This document shows, one piece after another, positions 10,175 to 18,004 of a stretch of 32,000 nt of DNA. This DNA comes from Edaphobacter aggregans. GTDB lineage: Bacteria; Acidobacteriota; Terriglobia; Terriglobales; Acidobacteriaceae. The first letter of the stretch is position 1, and every line of letters begins with the position of its first letter. The stretch covers positions 2,190,001 to 2,222,000 of the forward strand of contig NZ_RSDW01000001.1 in assembly GCF_003945235.1 (NCBI RefSeq), read 5' to 3'. The notes below the pieces were generated by a model that worked only from the letters and a program-made list of their open reading frames with translations, was not told the DNA's origin and did not search any database. Position numbers and translations under genes: made by a program.

Positions 10175-10237
10175 TGACTTAAGCAATCAAGCAATTTCGA
10201 TTCAAGGCTAAAATGATGTCGAATTCGAGAGTGCTCT

Positions 10238-10516
10238 ATGAGGCGAGTGGTTCTAATAGCATCCTTCCTCGCAGTGCCGATCATAGCCATTGCGTCCTAC
10301 ATCTACATCGAGGACAGGACAGCCCAAAAGATTGCCGTGCAAATCTACGCCGATGACGCACGGGTTATCAGCCAAGCCGTCCATCAATACACGGTTGACA
10401 AACGCAGGCCCCCTCAATCTTTCGATGATCTCGTGAATGCTGGCTACCTAAAGGCAATACCGGGACGTCGCCCGATGTACAGCGATCCCATCCCTCTCCA
10501 AAAGGGTCGGGTTTAA
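10238..10516 (+). CDS. small N-terminally membrane-anchored hypothetical protein
   Basis: 92-aa ORF with one N-terminal hydrophobic helix (VVLIASFLAVPIIAIASYIYI). The C-terminal DDLVNAGYLKAIP resembles the pseudopilin/GspG-like 'YL..iP' motif, but no prepilin cleavage site is present. Its stop abuts the GTG start of the next gene. Confidence 0.45.
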   Translation: MRRVVLIASFLAVPIIAIASYIYIEDRTAQKIAVQIYADDARVISQAVHQYTVDKRRPPQSFDDLVNAGYLKAIPGRRPMYSDPIPLQKGRV

Positions 10517-10517
10517 T

Positions 10518-10949
10518 GTGACGCCACCGACACAGGAAACCCACAACATCCAGCAAGTCGTTCCCTTCCTCATGATCACCAACATGGAAGCTTCCCTTCG
10601 CTTCTACGTCGAAGGCCTCGGCTTCACCATGACGAACAAGTGGATCGACAAGGGCAAACTCCGCTGGTGCTGGCTCCAACTCGAAGGCGCAGCCCTCATG
10701 CTGCAGGAGTACCGCCCCGGCCACATCCCCACCATCAAACGCGGCGAAGGCGTCTCCATCTGCTTCCAGTGCAAGGACGCCCTCGCCCTTTACCGCACCT
10801 TCCTCTCCTGCGGCCTCACCCCACGCGAGCCCTTCGTCGGCAACGCCATGTGGGTCACCATCATCACCGACCCCGACGGCTACAAGCTCGACTTCGAAAG
10901 CCCCACCGACGTCCCCGAAGAAACCCTCTACTCAGCCCTTCACAGCTGA
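10518..10949 (+). CDS. VOC/glyoxalase family protein
   Basis: VVPFLMITNMEASLRFYVEGLGFTM... and ...WVTIITDPDGYKLDFESP are the VOC fold signature. GTG start 1 nt after the upstream stop. Confidence 0.8.
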   Translation: MTPPTQETHNIQQVVPFLMITNMEASLRFYVEGLGFTMTNKWIDKGKLRWCWLQLEGAALMLQEYRPGHIPTIKRGEGVSICFQCKDALALYRTFLSCGLTPREPFVGNAMWVTIITDPDGYKLDFESPTDVPEETLYSALHS

Positions 10950-11018
10950 TCGTTCCTGCACTGCAACACACCCTCAATTCAAAACTCCGCATGTAACCGC
11001 ATCCACTTCGTAACGCGA

Positions 11019-11058
11019 AGAAAACCGTTTGTCTTCTGGGTTTTCTCTCTGTCTTTTA
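11019..11058 (+). terminator. candidate intrinsic terminator after the VOC gene
   Basis: AGAAAACC (11019-11026) pairs with GGTTTTCT (11039-11046), followed by the T-rich ctctgtctttta. Confidence 0.4.
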
Positions 11059-11060
11059 CC

Positions 11061-11089
11061 TTGACACTCCCCAATCGCGATGCTTCCAT
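11061..11089 (+). promoter_or_regulatory. candidate sigma-70-type promoter for the lyase-like gene
   Basis: Perfect TTGACA at 11061-11066, a 17-nt spacer, then a weak -10 TTCCAT. An inverted repeat ATAGTT-ca-AACTAT at 11111-11124 lies between it and the RBS. Confidence 0.3.
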
Positions 11090-11149
11090 TGTCGCCGGCC
11101 GATTTCGGCCATAGTTCAAACTATCTAACTCGTTTTTCACCCTAAGGAG

Positions 11150-13369
11150 ATGTCCATGTACGTTAGGAAGTCTGCTGTAGGTATCGCCCTCTTATCCGGC
11201 GCGTTGTGCGCGGCGTTATTCTCCTCCCCAATAGTCCAGGCCCAAACATGGACACATCCCGGCATCGTCGTAAGCCAGCAACAACTAGACGCAACCCGAG
11301 CCGCCTATCAGGCCGGAAACTCCGTCATCGTCTCGCAGGTCAACAAAGCCATGGCCAGCAACTACGGCTCGCTCACCTACACCGTGCAGGGCCCGTGGTC
11401 CGGCGGCATCAACCAGTGCGGAGCCTACTCCACCCCCAACAACGGCTGTTCCCAAGCCGACAACGACTCCAACGCCGCATACGTACAAGCGCTCCTCTGG
11501 TACATCACCGGCACCCAGACCTACGCCAACAACGCCATCAACATCATGAACGCCTATGCCGCCAACTTCAAAGGCTACGCCGGAACCAACGGCCTCTCCT
11601 GCCCCAGCGGCACCGACTGCTCCAACGGCCCGCTGCAATCCGGGTGGGATACCGAAAAGTGGCCCCGCGCCGCCGAAATCATCCGTTGGGGCAAGCCCGG
11701 CGGCGCAAGCTCCGGATGGTCCTCCTCCTCCATCACCGCCTTCACCAACATGCTCAACAACGTCTACCTCCCGGTCATTCAAAATGGCTCCGGCACCAAC
11801 GGCAACTGGGACATGTCCATGATCGACGGCATCATGCAGATCGCCGTCTTCACCGAGAACGCCTCCCTGCTCTCCACGGCTCGCACCTTCTGGCAAGGTC
11901 GCGTGCCTGACCTCTACTACCTCAACTCCGTCGACGGCAGCACACACGCAGCCTCACCGCGCGGCACCCCGAGCTGGTTCGGTCAATCCGTCTTCAGTTC
12001 CGCCACCACCAACGTCGCCCAGGAGACCTGCCGCGACCTCACCCACACCGAAGACAGCATCGCCGGAACCATGAACGCCGCCGAGACCGACTGGATCCAG
12101 GGCGGTAATCTCTACCAGGACGCCGGAAGCTACGCCCAGCAGCGCATCGTCGGCTCCATGAACCTCATGTCCGGCTTTGAAGGCCAGGGCGGCGGCCAGA
12201 ACGCCATCATCACCGCACCCTCCAGCTTCTGCACCAGCTCCGGCGCAACCAACATCGGCGAAATCACCCTCGGCGCGGGCTCCACCTACGCCATCGGCTA
12301 CAACCAGTACCACAACCGCCTCAACGATCCCAACATGGCCAACAGCACCGGCACCACCGGCCTACGCGGCACCTCCAACGTCTACAACTGGATCCAGAAC
12401 GGCCTGCTCAACCTCACCGAAACCACCGACTACGGCAACCACATGACGCTCTTCGAAGCGCTCACCCACTCCGTCAACCTCTACCAGACCGCCTCCAGCA
12501 CCTGGTCCAACACCTCCTTCACCGCACAAACCGGCACCTTCACCGCGACCTTCGACGCCACGCCCTCCGGCAACGACATCAACACAGTCGTCGGCCTCAG
12601 CAACGGCGCGCAGACCGCCTACACCGGGCTCTCCACCATCGTCCGCTTCAACCCCACCGGCGACATCGACGCCTACAACGGCATCGCCTACGCCGCGGCA
12701 TCCACCATCCCCTACACTGGAGGCCAGACCTACACCTTCGAGTTCGACGTCAACGTAGCCGCCCAAACCTACACCGTCTGGGTCACGCCACGCGGAGGCT
12801 CGAAGACCCTCGTCGGTCTCAACTACGCCTTCCGCACCGCAGCATCCACCCTCAACACGCTCACCCTCTACGCGCAGGTCGGAACCAACAACGTCGGCAC
12901 CTTCGCCGTAAACGCCTCCACACCGTCCTGCCAAACAGCCAGCACAACCTGGAGCAACACCACCGTCGCCAGCGAAGCCAAAACCTTCACCGCGACCTTC
13001 ACCGCAACGCCCTCCGCCACTGACATCAACACCGTCATGGCACTCAGCAACGGCGCGCAGACCGCATACACCGGACTCCCTGCCATCGCACGCTTCAACC
13101 CAACCGGTTTCATCGATGCTTACAACGGCACCGCCTACGCCGCAGCCAACAGCATCCCTTACACCGCTGGCACAACCTACGCCTTCGAGTTCCTCGTCAA
13201 CGTCCCCGCGCAGACCTACACCGTCTACGTCACCCCAGCCGGAGGCACCACGACGCTAGTCGGACAGAACTACGCATTCCGCACCAGCACCTCGCCTCTC
13301 AACAACCTCTCCCTCTACGCGCAGGTCGGCAGCAACAGCGTCTGCAGCGTCTCCCTAAGCAATCACTAA
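11150..13369 (+). CDS. secreted alginate-lyase-like (alpha/alpha toroid polysaccharide lyase family) protein with two tandem C-terminal beta-rich repeats
   Basis: Signal peptide ...LFSSPIVQAQT. The N-terminal ~440 aa resemble Alginate_lyase (PF05426-type) proteins (TWTHPGIVVSQQQLDATRAAY..., AYVQALLWYITGTQTYANNAINIMNAY, NGNWDMSMIDGIMQIAVF). The C-terminus is 2 x ~149 aa repeats. AAGGAG lies directly against ATG 11150, so ATG 11156 (MYVRK) is the more likely true start. Confidence 0.75.
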   Translation: MSMYVRKSAVGIALLSGALCAALFSSPIVQAQTWTHPGIVVSQQQLDATRAAYQAGNSVIVSQVNKAMASNYGSLTYTVQGPWSGGINQCGAYSTPNNGCSQADNDSNAAYVQALLWYITGTQTYANNAINIMNAYAANFKGYAGTNGLSCPSGTDCSNGPLQSGWDTEKWPRAAEIIRWGKPGGASSGWSSSSITAFTNMLNNVYLPVIQNGSGTNGNWDMSMIDGIMQIAVFTENASLLSTARTFWQGRVPDLYYLNSVDGSTHAASPRGTPSWFGQSVFSSATTNVAQETCRDLTHTEDSIAGTMNAAETDWIQGGNLYQDAGSYAQQRIVGSMNLMSGFEGQGGGQNAIITAPSSFCTSSGATNIGEITLGAGSTYAIGYNQYHNRLNDPNMANSTGTTGLRGTSNVYNWIQNGLLNLTETTDYGNHMTLFEALTHSVNLYQTASSTWSNTSFTAQTGTFTATFDATPSGNDINTVVGLSNGAQTAYTGLSTIVRFNPTGDIDAYNGIAYAAASTIPYTGGQTYTFEFDVNVAAQTYTVWVTPRGGSKTLVGLNYAFRTAASTLNTLTLYAQVGTNNVGTFAVNASTPSCQTASTTWSNTTVASEAKTFTATFTATPSATDINTVMALSNGAQTAYTGLPAIARFNPTGFIDAYNGTAYAAANSIPYTAGTTYAFEFLVNVPAQTYTVYVTPAGGTTTLVGQNYAFRTSTSPLNNLSLYAQVGSNSVCSVSLSNH
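12500..13366 (+). repeat. intragenic tandem duplication, 2 x ~447 nt (149 aa) domain repeat
   Basis: Copy 1 starts at TWSNTSFTAQTGTFTATFDATPSGNDINTVVGLSNGAQTAYTGL (12500). Copy 2 starts at TWSNTTVASEAKTFTATFTATPSATDINTVMALSNGAQTAYTGL (12947). They are colinear over the full length and roughly two-thirds identical by eye. Confidence 0.9.
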
Positions 13370-13387
13370 ACAATCGTTACCCAACCA

Positions 13388-13424
13388 CGTCAGCCCAGGT
13401 CACAAACTTGGGCTGACGTTTTTT
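13388..13424. terminator. intrinsic terminator between convergent genes
   Basis: ACGTCAGCCCA (13388-13398) pairs with TGGGCTGACGT (13409-13419), followed by a T-run to 13424. It sits exactly between the stop at 13369 (+) and the stop at 13425 (-). Confidence 0.8.
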
Positions 13425-15512
13425 CTACCGTCCACTCCCCTGCGCGCCACTCGGCTCGACCCCACCCAACCGATCACCCAATGCCTCAATCAAATCAGGA
13501 ACGTCATACCGGAGCAGCACTCCCGGAGCGATATCTTCCGCAACATCCTTAGGCATCGGATCAGCAAGAATCCCCGCATAGCTCCTTGGAATGTTATGAA
13601 CATCAACTCGGGTAAGCTGCGGATCCAGCACCGCCGCATGCAGCAAAACCAGCGCCGTGTGCCCCCAAGCCTCAGCAAATATGCCCTGCTTATGCGGAAG
13701 CACAATGCGGCTCAGATAATTCGCCGCCTCAATCGCGTCATCAATCCGATACCCAAGAATCGTCCTTCCAACAAGCTGATCCCGCACACCCGTCAGATAG
13801 TAGTACCCAAGCAAAGGCGGCAAGGGCCCACCCGCAAAAGCAGGCTTCTCTCCCGCTCTCTGCTGCGGATTCATCAGCGCAACAATATGTCCCGAAGCAA
13901 CCAGCCGTTCCAACTCCGCCTGTCCCTCAGCATAAGAAGTCTCCATCAGACTCGGAATCATCAGCGCAAGCGAGCACGTCTCCGCGCGATGAGGCACAAC
14001 GAGCGTAAAACCAATCAAGCCCCCACGCGACCCCCAAACCATAACCTGCCAGCTACTGTAGTTCGCACCCTCTTTCACCCGAGAAGCCTTCCCCTCCACC
14101 CACAGCCCGTCACTCGCATACGGCTTCTCCAAATGCACGCCGCAGAGCATCGGCTCCCCACTCTCCTGTGCAACAGCCTTGGGCACTGGCACATCACGAC
14201 GCACCTTAACAGGCTCCACTTCGGCCGCCGTAACCTCGCGAATCGCCCGCTGAAGTTCGCCAAGGTCCTTCGGCCGCGCAGGCGAAAGAGCCCGAGCCTC
14301 CTGCATATTCAGCGTGAAGACCGTCTCCGCACCAAAGTATGAGGTAGAAACCTGCCCCGTAGAAGTCACCTGAAACGCCTCTGGTCGCGGCTGCATAGCC
14401 CCGCTCTGGTCGTCATAAACCGGAGGAAAAGGCTGCGGCTGCAAGCTATTAATGAAGAACTCCAGAATGCGCGGCATGATCACCCGAAGATCGCTGGGAC
14501 CGCCCGGCGCCGTAATGTATGCCAGCTTCGCATCAGCATCGAACAGCTTGTAGAAATCACGTGCCTCCTTCTCCGTCGCCGCCGTCCCTGCCTGCGTCGC
14601 GATGATCGCGTAAGGCCGCGGAGCAGCCAACTCAACCCAGTCGGCAAAATCCAGTCCCGCCTTCACCCAGTTCGCCGCCCCCTGCTCACCGTCCAGCATC
14701 ACATCCTTCGTCAGCAACGCATCGAAGCCCGACAGATAGCACGCCGTGCCAACCGCCGCTATCCGCGTATCCAGCGCGCCCAGCAGAGCAGCCATCGCAC
14801 CGCCGCTCCCGCACCCATAAGCACCTATCCGGCCCCCATCGATCTCAGAGCGTGACTCCAGATAGTCCACCGCCCTCATCCCATCCCACAAAAAGTACTT
14901 CGCAACCGACTCGCCAATCAGCAAAGGTTGCAGCCCTGCCTCCGCATGCTCCCCCACCGGGCCACCCGCCAGTGATCTCCCCTCATTCTCCGGGTCCGGA
15001 TACTGCAACCGCTCACCCTCCCCAATCGGATCGTACGAGAACACCGCGAATCCATTCCGTGCAAACGCAGCTGCCACCGCAAAGTCACTCGCCTTACCTA
15101 CAGTCGAGTGGTCCGGAGCCATCACAATCGCCGGATACCGCTCAACCAGCGTCGAGCTGGGCAGATAAAGCAGCGCCGTGACATGAAACCCCGGCTGCGA
15201 ATCAAACACAATCCTCTGGATCCGAAACCCAGGAAGAATCGTCTCCCCAAGAATCCGATCATTCAGCGAACCCTTCTCCGGCAACGGCCCAATCAACCGA
15301 AGCATCGTCTCCCGCACCCGCGCCTGCCGCCCCTCAGCCTCAAACCGCGTCCGAACCCCGCGAACCTGACCACGTCGCGCCTCTAACTCACGCGAAGCCA
15401 GCACATCAGGAGCACTCCGATCCGGCGGAATAATGACCGTCTGCGAAAAAGCCCACCCAGGCAACACCACAAAGACAAATGCAGCCATCACCAACACGGA
15501 TCGCTTGATCAT
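13425..15512 (-). CDS. secreted alpha/beta-hydrolase family protein (acetyl-xylan-esterase / dienelactone-hydrolase-like)
   Basis: 695 aa with signal peptide MIKRSVLVMAAFVFVVLPGWAFSQ. The N-terminal region resembles AXE1-type esterases (...PGFRIQRIVFDSQPGFHVTALLYLP...). A nucleophile-elbow-like IGAYGCGSGGAMAALLGA is present. The C-terminal ~300 aa are unassigned. Confidence 0.65.
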   Translation of the reverse strand: MIKRSVLVMAAFVFVVLPGWAFSQTVIIPPDRSAPDVLASRELEARRGQVRGVRTRFEAEGRQARVRETMLRLIGPLPEKGSLNDRILGETILPGFRIQRIVFDSQPGFHVTALLYLPSSTLVERYPAIVMAPDHSTVGKASDFAVAAAFARNGFAVFSYDPIGEGERLQYPDPENEGRSLAGGPVGEHAEAGLQPLLIGESVAKYFLWDGMRAVDYLESRSEIDGGRIGAYGCGSGGAMAALLGALDTRIAAVGTACYLSGFDALLTKDVMLDGEQGAANWVKAGLDFADWVELAAPRPYAIIATQAGTAATEKEARDFYKLFDADAKLAYITAPGGPSDLRVIMPRILEFFINSLQPQPFPPVYDDQSGAMQPRPEAFQVTSTGQVSTSYFGAETVFTLNMQEARALSPARPKDLGELQRAIREVTAAEVEPVKVRRDVPVPKAVAQESGEPMLCGVHLEKPYASDGLWVEGKASRVKEGANYSSWQVMVWGSRGGLIGFTLVVPHRAETCSLALMIPSLMETSYAEGQAELERLVASGHIVALMNPQQRAGEKPAFAGGPLPPLLGYYYLTGVRDQLVGRTILGYRIDDAIEAANYLSRIVLPHKQGIFAEAWGHTALVLLHAAVLDPQLTRVDVHNIPRSYAGILADPMPKDVAEDIAPGVLLRYDVPDLIEALGDRLGGVEPSGAQGSGR

Positions 15513-15889
15513 CGGCCCTTTCTACGGGCTTCCCACATCGAGGTCAAGCTTTTCCATTTTGCAGATACCTTCGCATCTTCCATGACGCAATAGAATTTCC
15601 GTCGGCATAACCGATCTCAAAACGGAGTCCTTCAACACCTATTCGACCCCGCGAAAATAAATCCAGAAAAAGTGCCGATTTTCTCGCGTCTCAAAAACGT
15701 CCGTCCGCTAACCACGTTTGCCACACTTTTTACCGCTTACTGACCACAAAACCACCACATCTGCGCACCACTTTTCGCAAAACCCCCAGCAAAAACGCCC
15801 TTCCACCACACCAAAAAATTCGACCAGATTATCCACCGCCCAAGCCGTTTAGGATAGCCAAAAGACCATCCGAAAAGAGCTCTACGCAC

Positions 15890-16513
15890 ATGACCGCACC
15901 CACCCCCGGCCGCCTCGAAGTCATCACCGGCCCCATGTTCTCCGGCAAATCCGAAGAGCTCATCCGCCGCCTCAAGCGCGCCCGCATCGCCCGTCAGCGA
16001 GTCGCCTGCTTCAAGCCCGACATCGACCTCCGCTACCACCGCACCGCCATCGCCAGCCACAGCGAACAAACCCATGACGCCGCGGTAGTTACACCCACCA
16101 GCGACCGCCTTCGCGAAGACCTCTTCGCCACCGGCAAGATCCATGAAGTCGACGTCATAGGCCTCGACGAGACCCAGTTCTTCGATCAGGACGTCATCCC
16201 CCTCGCCCTCGAACTCGTGCATCTAGGCAAGCGTGTCATCCTCGCCGGCCTCGACACAACCTTTGCCAATGAGCCTTTCGGCCCCGTCCCCAACCTCATG
16301 GCCCTCGCGGATGAGGTCACAAAACTCTCCGCCGTCTGCATGGTCTGCGGCCAGCCCGCCATCCACACCCAACGCCTCGGCCAAAGCCAGGAACTCGTCG
16401 TAGTTGGCGCTGCCGGCCTCTACGAAGCCCGCTGCCGCGCCCACTTCCACCCCTACCTCGACGAGCACCAATCCGAGCAACTCGAACTCCCCGCCGTCAA
16501 CGCGCAAGTCTAA
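15890..16513 (+). CDS. tdk: thymidine kinase
   Basis: P-loop LEVITGPMFSGKSEELIRR, the IGLDETQFF motif and a C-terminal zinc ribbon (CMVCGQPA...CRAH). Confidence 0.93.
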   Translation: MTAPTPGRLEVITGPMFSGKSEELIRRLKRARIARQRVACFKPDIDLRYHRTAIASHSEQTHDAAVVTPTSDRLREDLFATGKIHEVDVIGLDETQFFDQDVIPLALELVHLGKRVILAGLDTTFANEPFGPVPNLMALADEVTKLSAVCMVCGQPAIHTQRLGQSQELVVVGAAGLYEARCRAHFHPYLDEHQSEQLELPAVNAQV

Positions 16514-16560
16514 CCATTGCTGTATCCTTGTCCCTGCACGTGTCTCAGGAGAAGAAGCCC

Positions 16561-17097
16561 ATGCGCCTTACCCTTACCACCGCTGCAATCACTCTCAGCC
16601 TCCTCGCCGTACCCGCCCTCGCCAAGGCCAAAAACGCCATTACCGTTCCCATCAAGACCAGCGCAGGCGAGGACGCCGGCAAAGCCACTTTCCTGTCCGG
16701 CAAGAACGGCGACGTTGTCATAAAAGTCAGCCTCAAAAACCTCCCCTTCGGCGAACACGCCGTCCACATCCACCAGAATCCCAAGTGCGACGCACCCGAC
16801 TTCAAGACCGCCGGCGGCCACTTTAACCCCGACGCCAAGCAGCACGGCACCCTGAACCCGATGGGCCACCACAACGGTGACATGCCCCAGAACATCTCTA
16901 TCGGCGAAAACCACACTGGCGAGGCCACCTTCAAGGTCAACTATCTCTCCCTTGATCCCGCCGCGCCCAACTCCATCTTCGCCAACGGAGGCACCTCCAT
17001 CATGGTCCACGAGAAGGCCGACGACATGAAAACCGACCCCACAGGCAACGCCGGTAACCGGATCGCCTGCGGCATCATCATCGCCCCAACCCCTTAA
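16561..17097 (+). CDS. sodC: periplasmic Cu/Zn superoxide dismutase
   Basis: ATG 16561 after CAGGAGAAG. Signal peptide MRLTLTTAAITLSLLAVPALAKA. Metal ligand motifs HAVHIHQNPKC, GGHFNP, HHNGDMPQ and VHEKADD, plus GNAGNRIACGII. Confidence 0.93.
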   Translation: MRLTLTTAAITLSLLAVPALAKAKNAITVPIKTSAGEDAGKATFLSGKNGDVVIKVSLKNLPFGEHAVHIHQNPKCDAPDFKTAGGHFNPDAKQHGTLNPMGHHNGDMPQNISIGENHTGEATFKVNYLSLDPAAPNSIFANGGTSIMVHEKADDMKTDPTGNAGNRIACGIIIAPTP

Positions 17098-17116
17098 ATT
17101 CTCTGTAACCTACCGT

Positions 17117-17144
17117 TGAACTACCCGGAACGCCCATACGTATA
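17117..17144 (+). promoter_or_regulatory. candidate ECF-type promoter (TGAACT-N16-CGTATA)
   Basis: TGAACT (17117-17122), a 16-nt spacer, then CGTATA (17139-17144). It resembles the AAC / CGT-type ECF promoter architecture. It lies 7 nt upstream of ATG 17152 of the sigma ORF. Confidence 0.35.
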
Positions 17145-17151
17145 AAGAAAC

Positions 17152-17979
17152 ATGGGCGTTTTACACATGGCGATTCCAGCGGCGGGCCGGCAGATCGGCC
17201 GAACAAAACCCGCCACCCGGATCTCGCCCCGAAACTCGTCATCCCTCAAAACCCTGGCCCAATCTGGCCCGGTACCAACGCCGCCCGCACAACCAGACGC
17301 GTCTTCCTCTGCCCCACGCGGTACACTTCTTCCACTGTCAAATCCTTTAGGGGCAACGTTGGAGCGCACGCCAGAACAGGAAGCCGCACAGGAAGCCTTA
17401 GCCAAGCTGGTTCGCCAGTGCATAGCTGGTGATGCGCAGGCTTGGCAGCAGCTCGTCGTCTCCCAGCACCGCCGCATCTATGCCATCTGCTACCGTTTCA
17501 CTGGCTCCGGCTCCGACGCCGAGGATCTAACCCAGGAAGTCTTCCTCAAACTCTACAAAAATCTCTCCAGTTTCGACCTCCAAAAAGGCAGCTTCCAGAC
17601 CTGGATTACCACGCTGGCCCGCAATCTTCTGGTCGATCACTTTCGCCGCACCCGCCAGGACCGCGTCACCGACTCGATCGACGCCAGCTTCGACGGCGAA
17701 GATGACGGCCCCACGATGGCCGCCCGCCTCGCCGACGACCGCCCCTCGCAGGAACAACACGTCGCGGGCCTCGAGCTCAAGGCCCGCATCCAGGGTGCCC
17801 TCAAGCAGCTCTCGCCCGAACTCCGCGAAGCTGTTATTCTGCGTGACCTCGAAGATATGGATTACAAAGAGATCGCTCAGGTTCTTCGCATACCGGAGGG
17901 AACCGTCAAAAGCCGCATCAGTCGCGGCCGCGGGGAACTTGCAAAGCTTCTGCAACGTATAGAAAAGCAGGTGACGTAG
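17152..17979 (+). CDS. ECF (group 4) sigma-70 family RNA polymerase sigma factor
   Basis: Region 2 (DAEDLTQEVFLKLYKNLSSFD..FQTWITTLARNLLVDHFRR) and region 4 (LSPELREAVILRDLEDMDYKEIAQVLRIPEGTVKSRISRGR). The start is uncertain. ATG 17152 or 17167 gives a ~70-aa Pro/Ser-rich N-terminal extension. TTG 17359 after AGGGG gives a canonical ~206-aa ECF. Confidence 0.88.
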   Translation: MGVLHMAIPAAGRQIGRTKPATRISPRNSSSLKTLAQSGPVPTPPAQPDASSSAPRGTLLPLSNPLGATLERTPEQEAAQEALAKLVRQCIAGDAQAWQQLVVSQHRRIYAICYRFTGSGSDAEDLTQEVFLKLYKNLSSFDLQKGSFQTWITTLARNLLVDHFRRTRQDRVTDSIDASFDGEDDGPTMAARLADDRPSQEQHVAGLELKARIQGALKQLSPELREAVILRDLEDMDYKEIAQVLRIPEGTVKSRISRGRGELAKLLQRIEKQVT

Positions 17980-18004
17980 GTGCTAGAAAGACAGGTGATC
18001 TAAA

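Noticed and set aside
15737-16222. 161-aa minus-strand ORF spanning the tdk 5' region
   Set aside because: It overlaps the tdk coding sequence in antisense and continues into a G/T-rich spacer. It has no RBS or family resemblance.
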